This document shows positions 1 to 11,477 of a stretch of 64,000 nucleotides of DNA, in pieces. The DNA is from Trichoplax sp. H2 (lineage: Eukaryota). The notes beneath the pieces were generated by a model. It saw only the letters and a list, made by a program, of their open reading frames with translations, did not search any database and was not told the DNA's origin. The position numbers and the translations under genes are program-made. The number at the start of each line of letters is the position of its first letter. The first letter of the stretch is position 1. The stretch covers positions 496,001 to 560,000 of the forward strand of contig NOWV01000029.1 of assembly GCA_003344405.1 (NCBI GenBank). The letters run 5' to 3'.

Positions 1-87
1 TAAGGATTACTAATTAATCGGAGTTATTATATCATAAATGCCCTCTTGCTGTTTTAAAGGAAGGGTGATATGAACCGTGGACGATAC

Positions 88-154
88 AAAGTCTGGATAT
101 CGATGGTGTTAATGGTATCGGCTATACATTTAATACCATCGATATCCTGACTTT
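88..154. repeat. Imperfect inverted repeat / ~67-nt hairpin
   Basis: GGATATCGATGGT (95-107) is the exact reverse complement of ACCATCGATATCC (135-147). Pairing extends outward (AAAGTC 88-93 / GACTTT 149-154) and inward with a G-U pair and small bulges. Confidence 0.85.
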
Positions 155-223
155 TTCATGCAGCTGAGAGTGTTAGGTATAGCAGAAACTCAATAATAAT
201 GAAGCAAGAGGAAATAGTACAGT

Positions 224-233
224 ACTCACTCAT
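224..233 (-). other. Possible start codon and first donor of a minus-strand gene leaving the window on the left
   Basis: Minus strand reads AAAAG ATG A|GTGAGT (ATG 233-231, strong donor 229-224), downstream of a TACAGTA-rich patch at ~340-370. No coding exon could be confirmed inside the window. Confidence 0.25.
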
Positions 234-846
234 CTTTTCAGTGAGCTGTCCCAGAAACTTCTAAACAAATTTCGGGGGCAGCAATCGCTGTTAATCCGAA
301 GATAACCAGATAGACAAGACATGAGCTATTTGCTAAACATAGTACAGTACAGCGGTAGTGATATACTGTACGTTATGCATAATGGTGATTTTGCTGGACG
401 CCCTTGTATCTCGCACACTTATCAATTCTACCAACTTTATGTTGTAGGAGCACCGACCATTTTTCATTTCCACTTGTTAATTCTACGTTATAACAGTGGA
501 CAGACAATGCTACGTAGACTAATTAATCCGCTATTCTACTGTTTAATCTTATAACTATTAGACGTTATCATTGTGAAGGTGCGTATCTAAAAGTCGTCAT
601 TTTTCAATCAATTACTAAGGTGAGAATCAGGTAGTACAGTAAGTTGGACACAGATTTTGAATGCTAGTGCGATTTCCTTTCTCCTATCATACCCTTAACT
701 ATTCTACTATTCTACCGTACAATCTTAGTAAGCAATCTTACAGTATACTATACAGTACTGTATTACGGAAGACATCGGAGACCTGCACACGAGTAGATAT
801 TATCACTGTGAATCTTGCATGTACTGTATAAAAGCTGCTTGCCATT

Positions 847-1791
847 TTTCAATGAACGAGAATGGGGATTTAGTAGTTAGCTTGAAACAAACTTTAACTA
901 CTGTACTTGCACGATTTCTCTCATGTCATGGCATGTGTAGATAGTGCTACATAGATTAATTGATTATTCTACTGTACAATCTTCTAGCGATAGCGTGGTT
1001 ATCTTTCAATGAATGAGAATGAGGGCTTAGTAGTTAGTTAGCTTGAAACAAACTTTAACTACTGTGCTTGCACGATTTTTCTCATGCCATGGCATGAGTA
1101 GACAGTGCTACGTAGATTAATTGATTATTCTACTGTACAATCTTCTAACTATAGCGTAGTTATCTTTCAATGAATGAGAATGAGGGTTCAGTAGTTAGTT
1201 AGCTTGCAACAAACTTTAACTACTGTGCTTGCACGATTTCTCTCATGCCACGGCATGAGTAGATAGTGCTACGTAGATTAATTGATTATTCTACTGTACA
1301 ATCTTCTAACGATAGCGTGGTTATCTTTCAATGAATGAGAATGAGGGTTCAGTAGTTAGTTAGCTTGCAACAAACTTTAATTACTGTGCTTGCACGATTT
1401 CTCTCATGCCATGGCATGAGTAGATAGTGCTACGTAGATTAATTGATTATTCTACTGTACAATCTTCTAACGATAGCGTGGTGGTTATCTTTCAATAAAT
1501 GAGAATGGAGGTTGAGCAGTGAGCTGGATACAAACTTGAACTATTTGCACGATTTCTCTCATGTTGATGGCATGAGTAGATAGTGCTACGTAGATTAATT
1601 GGTTATTCTACTGTACAATCTTCTAACGATAGCGCCGTCATCTTTCAATAAATGAGAATGGAGGTTGAGCAGTGAGCTGGATACAAACTTGAACTATTTG
1701 CACGATTTCTCTCATATTGATGGCATGAGTAGATAGTGCTATGTAGATTAACTCATGATTCTACTGTATGGTACAATCTTCTAACCATAGC
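847..1791. repeat. Tandem repeat, 6 copies of a 153-164 bp unit
   Basis: Anchor TTTCAAT recurs at 847, 1004, 1165, 1326, 1490 and 1643. Shared core TTGCACGATTTCTCTCATG...GGCATGAGTAGATAGTGCTACGTAGATTAATT...TTCTACTGTACAATCTTCTA. Copies 5-6 form a distinct subtype. Confidence 0.97.
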
Positions 1792-1902
1792 TAATGGCCT
1801 CCAAGGAGCAAAGCTGCTTCTCCATGACACTATGCTAGTTAAGTAGTTAAGTAGTTATAGACCATAGTATAACTAGAAGTGGATGACAGCAGAGAGACTT
1901 CT

Positions 1903-2011
1903 GTACAGTACGGTACATTCACCATAGCGAGTGACATGTTTGGAGCCAGGGTGTACAGTACTGTACTGTACAGTGTAGCGTACTGTATTGTCAGCGTCAG
2001 GACTGTACTGT
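1903..2011. promoter_or_regulatory. TACTGTAC/GTACAGTA-rich island in the presumed UPRT promoter
   Basis: Dense imperfect ACTGT/ACAGT repeats (e.g. GTGTACAGTACTGTACTGTACAGTG) ending ~130 bp upstream of the UPRT ATG. A regulatory role is inferred from position only. Confidence 0.45.
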
Positions 2012-2138
2012 ACGACTGGACTTTGACTTTGTCACCACGTATGAGCTGACCGGTGCCAAGGTGACACTTGCACAAGGTGACCTTCTACTTCATTTAACCT
2101 ACTGGCTGCTCGTGCCTTTCTGCCAACTGGAAATCAAG

Positions 2139-4111
2139 ATGACTGACGAAATCACTCATCAGGATGATCATGATCCATTCGATCCGACAAAAATTCCCCA
2201 GTTAAGAATGATCGAAATTAACAATCAAGTCAAAGAGCTACAAACGATCATTAGAGACAGGTAAAATGGAGATATCAAGCAAGCGTTGATGTTGATTGTT
2301 CATTTTCTCCTTGTCCAATCTATTCAATCATGCGCGATGATGACTTGAATGCAACCTAGTCAACATTATCTTCCATCAAACGATGACGATCATAAGATAT
2401 ACTTTACTTTCTTGCTTTCAATGTCATCGATCAACCTTGTATGCTAGTAGACCGAAAGGAAAATCTCCAATGATATTACACTACAATCACTCCCATATGA
2501 AATAGATATACAGTACTTTTCCATGGTGACCAGTTCATGTCAATCCATTCACTTCTACTGTACAGTACAGTACTGGCGGGGGTAGACCAGTTTGCTGTTC
2601 TTGGATTAATCAAATAACTTGTTATGGCCAGATACTACTGTAAGCGATGAAAGAGAAATTTGGAAAATGACCAACCGTAAATTGGATATTGACCTAGTAA
2701 CAACATGTTACTAAAATGCTGCATGTACTGTACTTTACAATATTGTACAGTATACTAAGGGTAGAAGGACACTCCGATTGTAGGTTAGCACCTTGTTTAC
2801 TTAAGCCCACTAACGACTGTCCATTAAACCATTCCATCATGCACGAAATAGTCCCAAACTTAGCTTAAAGCTGTCCAACCAGTTCTTCAATTGATCGAAT
2901 AGGATAGAGATGTGACAAAAAATGAGTACAAGACCATTGTAGATCTATGGAAGAACTCGTTGAATGTCATAGCACAGAACCATTTACAATAGGAAAACCA
3001 GTGTGATAGAATAATAGACAAGCTTCTTCAAGTCTGAAATAACATGCAGTCATACTCTGCAAAGCTATGACAACTAGAAAACATCATGGCAAGATTCAGT
3101 TTTAGTAATCAACTTAATCATGATCGATTCTAATAATTGGAACTATGAATGATCAACGAGAACTTTTTCAGACTTGTACGCTAACAATAAATTTGATTTT
3201 CCCCCTGAGCATCATACTACGCCAGATTGAATCCGATATTACAATATTTTATTTTCAGGCGATTCGTACTCTATAGCAATAGATCGTAGCCTTTTGTAAA
3301 TAAACTATTAAAAGTACTGTATATAGCATTCGATATGTTGGTGGAACCTTGACACTCTGTAAAACGGCATAATAAATGCTCTTATGGAATACAGCCTAAC
3401 ACGAGTCCATTTGCATCAGCAACATACCATTACGTATAACATTACTATTCAATCAAACATTTCCATAGTTAACTACTATACTATCGATGCAATGGTAGCT
3501 ATTGGTTATGGTGATCTAAACCTGTCATATTGAATAATAATTTTATTCTCATGAATGGTATTGTTAGGGAGACAACACGTAGTGATTTCGTATTTTGCGC
3601 TGATCGACTAATTCGCTTAGTGGTAGAGGAAGGATTAAATCAACTGCCTCATGAAACTACTGATGTAACAACGCCGACAGATCAGGTCTATCATGGATTA
3701 AAATTTGGCAATGCTAATTGTGGTGTTAGTATTATGAGAAGTGGTGAAGCAATGGAACGCGGATTAAGGGATTGCTGTTCATCTATTCGTATCGGTAAGA
3801 TACTCATTCGATACAACGAAGACAGTGAAGAGCCAATGGTATATTATGCTAAATTTCCACCGGATGTTTCTAAGCGTAAAGTATTGTTAATGTATCCTCT
3901 TTTAAATACTGGTCAAACAGCTATTGCGGCCATAAGAACCTTAATCAATCATTCAGTACTTGAAGACAATATCATATTCCTAAATCTTTTCGCTACTCCA
4001 GAAAGTATATCAGCAATTGTCAAGCAATATCCTAAAATCACCATACTATCATCCGAGGTGGATCAGATTTGCCCTAATTACTTTGGACAAAAATATTTTG
4101 GAAGCGAATAA
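2139..4111 (+). CDS. UPRT: Uracil phosphoribosyltransferase homolog (animal type), 2 exons (2139-2260, 3568-4111), 221 aa
   Basis: Phase-compatible GT-AG join gives ...ELQTIIRDR|ETTRSDFVFCADRLIRLVVEEGLNQLP...NCGVSIMRSGEAMERGLRDCC..IRIGKILI...VYYAKFPPD..KRKVLLMYPLLNTGQT...FGQKYFG, typical of animal UPRT. Confidence 0.95.
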
Positions 4112-6226
4112 TGAGCGGCAAAGTGTGGTGGCGTATCTTCTTATTACTCCTAGAAAAAAATCGACACTTTCTATTATTGGATTTGAAACGAAACTTTAGG
4201 ATGTGAATACATTATTATACATACGAGTAAATTTTGGCTTGCAAAACTCTCCTCAAGAAATGATGAGTTCCCATCTTTAGTTTATATCGATGTAATATTT
4301 AGTAAGAATTTATTTACATATAGAGTATAATTGCTTTGGATTTGCACGAGGAGTCTAGATAGTGCACTCGAACGTTGATGGATTATTAACCACATAGACA
4401 GCATTTATTTAAGCTATCCGTATCACAGTTAAAATTTATGTATGTACGTATCAGCATAAGCTCACTGCACTTATGTTCCGATCTAGTCAACCTGAATTAG
4501 TCGTTGGTATACATGTATATTTTAAACATATATATATATATATTCTTATGTTTGTGCTACAAGAGAGAGAATCATGCAACCTTGTAAAACTGCTATTTAA
4601 TCATTGATCTCAATCGATATGACTTCTAGTCGCTTAATACAACTGTAAAGACTCGCAAACAACTCTTAAATCTTTACCACACCACACTGCGAGTAAGATA
4701 GAAATAGACTAATAGTTAGACCTTGACGATTCAAAATTTCTTCATTACAAACTCAGGAACTCGTAACTCGTTGGTTATATACTGTACGTATAAAGAATTG
4801 ATAATAAATATTATTATTATACGGCATATAGATTTCTACTAACGTTGAAAGGTATATCTTACATATTTTTACCTTGACCAATAACCAAATTTTTTATTTT
4901 ACCCCTACGAGTCACTTTAGTTCTCAAGGACTTAAGCTGTACTGTACCTTTAACTCACTATCAACAATCTTTTATTTAATAGCCGTAACTATATCGAAAT
5001 TATTAATCGTATTATGTTACCGCATATGTAAAAAGTATGCATAATCTTTCTTCATATATCATGTATCCACACTACATACTCCTCATGTAACATAATGCAG
5101 TATCTGCAAGCAAGACTATATTATATAAAGTACTTTATATGAAAATTCTCTTTCTATTACCGTGTAGAATAGATGTTGGTTTAAATATAGTACATCAAGT
5201 TCATTTTCGAGCAAAAGAATAGGGGCAATATCGTATCCACGCTTGAAATTGATAAATACGAACTATATTAATAAAAGTTGCGGTTGTACAAAATGATTGC
5301 ACTAACTTACTAAACCTTCAATAAAATAACGTCATACCACATAATCTTAAGCAACTTCAATTGTAATTTGTTTATTGCAATGATTTCATCTCTCATAATA
5401 ATGCTGTAATTGCACCGCAATATTTCGGTATTAAGCATACAGCAATTAGTGAATCTTGTTACAAGTGATTTAAAATTCAAATACACTAGCTATGACATTG
5501 TTTTAATTCAATATGACAAAAGTGCGACGTATAGTCTAAAAGAACACATTAAAATTTCTTAGTATACTACATCCTGTCTCAGCTGTAAAGTTATACAGAA
5601 CAAATAACAATTTACTACTAATCTAATTGCAATGGCTTTGCAAATCGTAGTGAGTTTATACATGCGTAGATTACTTTGGTATTATTGTCAACAAAACCTA
5701 CCAAGGTAAATTTGTTTGGGACGATTTAGATAATATAATTTAAAGGGTATTAGAACGATTAAATTTTAAGTAATTGGTAAAGTACTGGTATAAATTGTTT
5801 AGTCACTACAGTGAACTGATCGTATACTGTGATTATAAGAATGTGCGTCATTTGCATTCAACAGAATCAATTATAAATTACTTGTATAATAAATCAATTT
5901 GGATGTTTCAGAAATTACTCTACAATATACATGTGTAAATAAATTCAACTTTAATTAATGCTCTTTATAAAGAAAACAATCGATTTAAACATTCGCAACA
6001 AGTGCTTTGACATAATATATTTAAATTCTACCATAGGTACGATTATGAGATTACACTTGTGGCGATCAATAAATAAAGAAAAACCTACCATGATCTCTAT
6101 CTATCATACGTGTCTGAGAATACTGTATCCAGTATACCATTGTTGACTGAAATTAATAAATACTAGTTAAGAAATTCAATGCAAACATTAATTAAATTTT
6201 CCTTTTAGTCATATAATATTAAATTC

Positions 6227-7416
6227 TTATGGATTTAATTCGTAGCCGTTTTGTGGATCATCAAGTTTAACGCGATTCCATTTTCTAGTAAAATTTGATT
6301 CACGGATAGCGTCAATAACAGCTCGAATGTAGCGGCCATCTTTAAATGTAGCAGCTTTCCTAATACAATCATAATTTACTAATCCGTTTATGTCATCTTT
6401 GCAAGTTACGAAAGCATTCTTTAAGGCCTTAACGAACTCCAATCCTGCGGTTAAATAGAAGCCCTGCCGATTATAAGGTGAAGTATAGCTTCCATTTTCG
6501 TTTTGATCCCCATCTGAATCGTAAAGAATTTCCTCTTTTCCTGAATCATTCCTTGTACCGAATAAATTGTCATTCCGAATAACTAAACGGCCTTCTTCCC
6601 CAATCATAATTAGCTCTTGATAACAACTACCACGAAGCAAAGTATTTATTGTTACGTTGATACGTAATCCGGAATCCAGCAGAAATATTATAAAAAATTA
6701 ATATTGATTCAAATGATAGTGCTACGCTGATGTTCGCTTAATTTTCTATACTTTTGATCTCTATAGTTCATCGACTTACCCTGAATATTTCCTTGATGCT
6801 CAACAAAAGTATGAGAATGTCCCAACACTTCCGTAGCCTTACTATTTGTCAAATAGGATACAATATCAATGACGCTACTTCCAATCAAATTTAACGAGCC
6901 ACCCCCCATTTTAGTGTTACAAAGCCAGTTATAATGGTTAGTAACTAGAGATCCCGTGTGAATGCGAATATCACCCAGTAATAAATGTCCGCAATATCCA
7001 CTCGTAATTAATTCCTTCATTCTAACATAAGCAGGCAGAAAGCGTGCTTCGTGTTGAATTAACGATAGCAGACTTGGATAATAACGTGCAGCATCCAGCA
7101 TCTTTTCGCTATCCTCAGTAGTTAATCCTGACGGCAACTGGCACACAACATGTTTTCCAATGCCTAAAGCTTTGACAGCTATTTCTGCATGTAAGAATGG
7201 TGGGCAATTGATAAAAAGTAGATCGACATCTTTACGAAGCAATAACTCGTCTAATTTGCTGGTATAGTACGGGATGTTGAAGTTATCAGCTATTTTCTTA
7301 GCTACCTGAGGGGTTCTACTCCATAAAGCTGTGACTGAAAACCCAACTTGCCGAAATAAAGGTATGAGTACATCAGCTGACCATTCTGTGACAAATATAC
7401 CAACACGAGGTAGCAT
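6227..7416 (-). CDS. GFOD1: Glucose-fructose oxidoreductase domain protein (GFOD1/2-like); exon 7416-6780 plus a terminal exon ending 6227 whose 5' junction appears damaged
   Basis: MLPRVGIFVTE...LLLRKDVDL..I..PP..HAEIAVKALGIGKHVVC...AARYYPSL...RFLPA...YNWLC...MGGG.L...GS..IDI, then ...AATFKDGRYIRAVIDAIRES...W. Donor GTAAGT at 6779. No AG at the expected acceptor near 6680. A likely 5'UTR intron lies at 7430-7534. GFOD1 vs GFOD2 cannot be resolved. Confidence 0.9.
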
Positions 7417-10400
7417 CTCTTTTTTTAAACTGTAAGGCAGGAGTTAATGAATTAGAGTAGACCATGAAATGCAGTCTGTTTCCTAAGAAGATTTGCAAAG
7501 TATGTATAAAAAATTAATATTGCGATAGACTCACAATGCAGAGAATGCGAATATGATCCTACTGTACTGAATAAATACTTTACTTATACTGTATCATAGT
7601 ATGGAAAATATTTTGATTGTAGGAGGTATATCTTATAGGTACAGGGAACACCTTGTTCAGTAGTACTGTATAGCAATGAATAAGATTATAATCTATAAGA
7701 TCATTTTAATGATTATTTAATAATAGTACTAAATTACTTTTGCTTTATTCAATGTTTTATTCGATTTTACTAATGACAGAATTCAGCAAACAGAAAAAGG
7801 TGCATAGCTTCTTGAACTAAGTTCTACTACAGTACAGTATATTGCTATCTCTAGATGGTACTTGTATATTGCACTGCAAGAGATCTACAGCAGTTGATAT
7901 CTATAATACTGTACTGTAATGTGTGAAAATCAAAACACGTATGGAAATATTTAAAGTACAAAATACTAAATGTAACTATAAAAAAATTCAGAAATAGAAA
8001 CCAAGGATAGTACGTGTATTATTAGAAAAAATACCATTACTTAGACTTGGTGATAAATGGCCACTACAAGATGTTATCATCAATAAACTTTGGTTCCTTT
8101 CTACCCTACTTTTATCAACGAATCAATGCTTTTAATCTGCACATAACGGATACACACTAATGGGATATTATAGTAGGATGAATACAGTTTCTATTCAATT
8201 ATGCGATAAATTCAAGAGTTTCACGATCGAAATGAAGCAATGTAGTTTACGATAGAAAGGAGTATATCCATGATTTAACAGTTCATTTGTAACGAGCATA
8301 TCGAACCCTATGAATGCTTTCTACCCTCGCAAAAGCCATCACAATCGATGGGACATCCAGTCAATTTAGCGAGTGCTGTGAGTACGATTTTATCGATATT
8401 TTGCGATGTTGATAACCGAAATAAGCCGCCGCCATCGTAACAATGGAGCACAATATGACGAATAAGTGTGACATGTGTCAACACTTTGCTGGTTTTACAT
8501 CTTTACAGTCATAAATGTTACTGATTTCTGAGTTGTAAAACACGCAAGGCACGCACAGATTCTGTCTATTTCAATGCATAGTACTACCAAAACAATTTCA
8601 ACTTTTTCTTACCATGGACGATTTCTTTTAAAGTATCCAATCATCAATAGGGGCCATCAGTTTGTGATAAAAGATTAGGCTATCATTTTAATTTAAAACA
8701 AATAGTAAGCATCGAAGATCAAATTGGACGTTTCTGATGAAATAAGCAATCGTAGTAATCATATCGTCTGAGGAATAAACTACAATGTTCTACTTGTTGT
8801 CTACTAGAGTCAGATTGGATAAATCACGAAATGGAAATGAAACAAGTTTGGGTAACAAATATTAACGGAATGTGTATTATGTGCTGATTAATTTAATCTC
8901 CTTGGAAGACTATCGTATTAAGATAATTTTATACCTAACGCATGTTGTTCTTTACTCCTAATGGATAGACTAATGGATACCAGATGATCACAGATGCAAA
9001 TCTACCCTAATGATTCCACTTCTAGTCGCACCATGTAAAAAGCTTTTCAGCCCGTTAACCGCCAGAATAGGATTGATTTCTCCTCCTCTAATGGACGAAT
9101 TTACTGTACTAGACTAGACAGTACAGTGTACAGTAAGTGTGGCACGATATACGATAATGCAAACACTACTCTGTATAGGTTGTGTATCTACATAAGACAT
9201 TATATACCCATGACTAAGCGAAAGAATCTTCAAATCGCAATATACACGCTATGTGATAATCATGCATTAAGATCGAAGAACAAAAGATGCCCTAGGCAAC
9301 ATTAATTAATCAATCGATATAGGTAATGAACAAAGGTAAATTCATTTCTTGTTGACTTATATAACTGTCACTTTGTGCAACGCAACACCTTAATAATATG
9401 ACAGCTCGCACATTACAGAAACAAAAACTCACCAAGAGTGATGATGTCATGGTTGGATAACTCAAGCAGGATATTCGCTTAGTCCTGGTTTGCATCCGTA
9501 GGCACCAAACTTATCTTCTATCAATTTACACTTGCTGTCGATAGTTTTGACTCTTGGGTTACTAGACTGTCAAATTGATCCAATCTGTTAAATGGATATG
9601 GTGCAAGCTCGTGACTGATTGACCATAAACTGCTACTGGGCGCCTTTCTAAAAACTTTATTGGTCGGGGTCATTTTGACGCCAAATGCTATATACGTGTA
9701 CTCGATTACGATACTAGTATTTGATTAACTTAATGTGGTCTAGTCGACCGACTTTGAAAGAAATCTACGTCATGGTCAATTAGATCTTATACTCACTGAC
9801 TCAGATTATTGACTACTTAGTGTTGATGAGTAGTGCTACTTAGATTGTGATAGACGTGATACCACTTATTCGATTTTATACTAATTCCTTCATATTCTTA
9901 GCTAAAACGTCTTAGAAGTGATACTACTGTACTTACTTAGCAAGTTCTATAGTTAAATCAGACATTTTAGCAAATAATTAATTGAGTCAGTGAGCATAAA
10001 ATCGAATAATTATAGAATACATCCCATGTTAGGTCAAGTATAACTTGACCTAATATCAACACGAATACACGCTAGCTGTTCAAAGCGGTGCTATCACTTC
10101 TGTCGAAATGGCCGTGAAAACTAAGTCATGTCGCAAGCAAACATGCCTGGCATGCAACTATAAATTTAGCTGCAAACATGTTGTACAAATATCATTTATT
10201 TAACAGTCATATATTTTTAATTTCCCTAGCAATATAATAAATGGCATTTTGCTATGCAAATAAATAAAATTCCCTAGGAGAGATGAACCAAAATTGAACC
10301 GTTTAAAATGCAAGTGCTTGTAATAAATACGTCTCATAATAACTAGCTTAGTCAAATCGTATTTTCCAAAATGTTTTTATTACAAGGTATTAGGAATAGT

Positions 10401-11477
10401 AGAGCAATAATTACTTTAAGAATCTAGTCTAAAATCTAAAGTATTCCGAGCTCGAAGCGAAGTGAAGCCTCTTCTCTGTGAGCGCATCTCTGCAGTTCTT
10501 ATCAACATTTCGTTAAATCCATTTATGACAACTTGATTCATCTACAATCAGACATGAGTCATCAAATAAAATACTTTTCTCTTATAGTAAATCATTATTT
10601 TCTACAATCTAAATCATTCTACTTAAGATGTCACTACTCTTCTATTAACGTCTAGGCCCTTTCTTCGAAGGGCATCTTAACAACTACAGTATTTCTAGCT
10701 ACATAAATCTAGTACCATAATTAGTAAACTGGATACTAATAGTCATCAACAATTTCTAATATAGTAGTTAGCAATCATCTAATATTAGCTTCACGGTAAT
10801 ATCTATTTAAAGTAACCTAACTATATCTAATATAGCTATCCGTATAATCAAATACGGGTGCATCACTACAGTGCTGTACATATGAAACACGTAGATCTAC
10901 TTCTACAGTATCAAATAGAGAGCTTTAGAGGTGTAGGCAATAGATACCAGCTAGTAGGAAACATAGAATCATCATGCAAGACCACATAGATCATTAAAAT
11001 GACAGCTAATCGGTATAGATAATCCTCAAGTTGAAAATAGAACATATGTACAGTACAGTACTGTATAATACCTCATAGCCTAACACTCTATAAAGTATCA
11101 GCGAAATAAAAAAATCATAAATCACTTATGAAAAGGTAATATATTTCATCAACATAATCAAATTGCAATAATAAATTGTATTATACAATAAAATATATAT
11201 CACGGCTGAATCCACTTGTACCGGATATACATAGATACTGCATGTATAGACATAGCTTGCTGTAAATACGCCATGTTTCGACGCAGTGATTATAAAAATT
11301 TCTATTAGTACATGCTACAGGCAAACAGCTTAGATAACAATTGGATTTAAAACATCTACGAATATGATGAAGGAACTGCATTACAATAATTGTATACTTG
11401 TACGTAGACGTGTAGCTATAACATTTATTAAGCTCAGATATACGCGCGGTACCATTGAATAATTTTAGTTTTTAGAT

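Noticed and set aside
847..1791. CRISPR-like or coding interpretation of the 160-bp array (likewise the 58306-58663 array)
   Set aside because: Units are repeated along their whole length with no unique spacers, no cas genes and no sustained ORF; the context is eukaryotic.
1839..2075. Short Y/S/T/V/C-rich ORFs (1839-2075, 30278-30501, 58667-59073)
   Set aside because: By-products of the TACTGTAC-rich low-complexity islands; no protein-like features.
2057..2084. CAAGGTGAC direct repeat / AAGGTCA nuclear-receptor half-site before UPRT
   Set aside because: Short and imperfect match to the ERR consensus; not distinguishable from chance.
10623..10680. Small stem-loop GCCCTT-TCTTCG-AAGGGC resembling a histone 3' stem-loop or terminator
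   Set aside because: Loop length and sequence do not fit the histone consensus, no histone gene is nearby, and bacterial terminators are irrelevant here.
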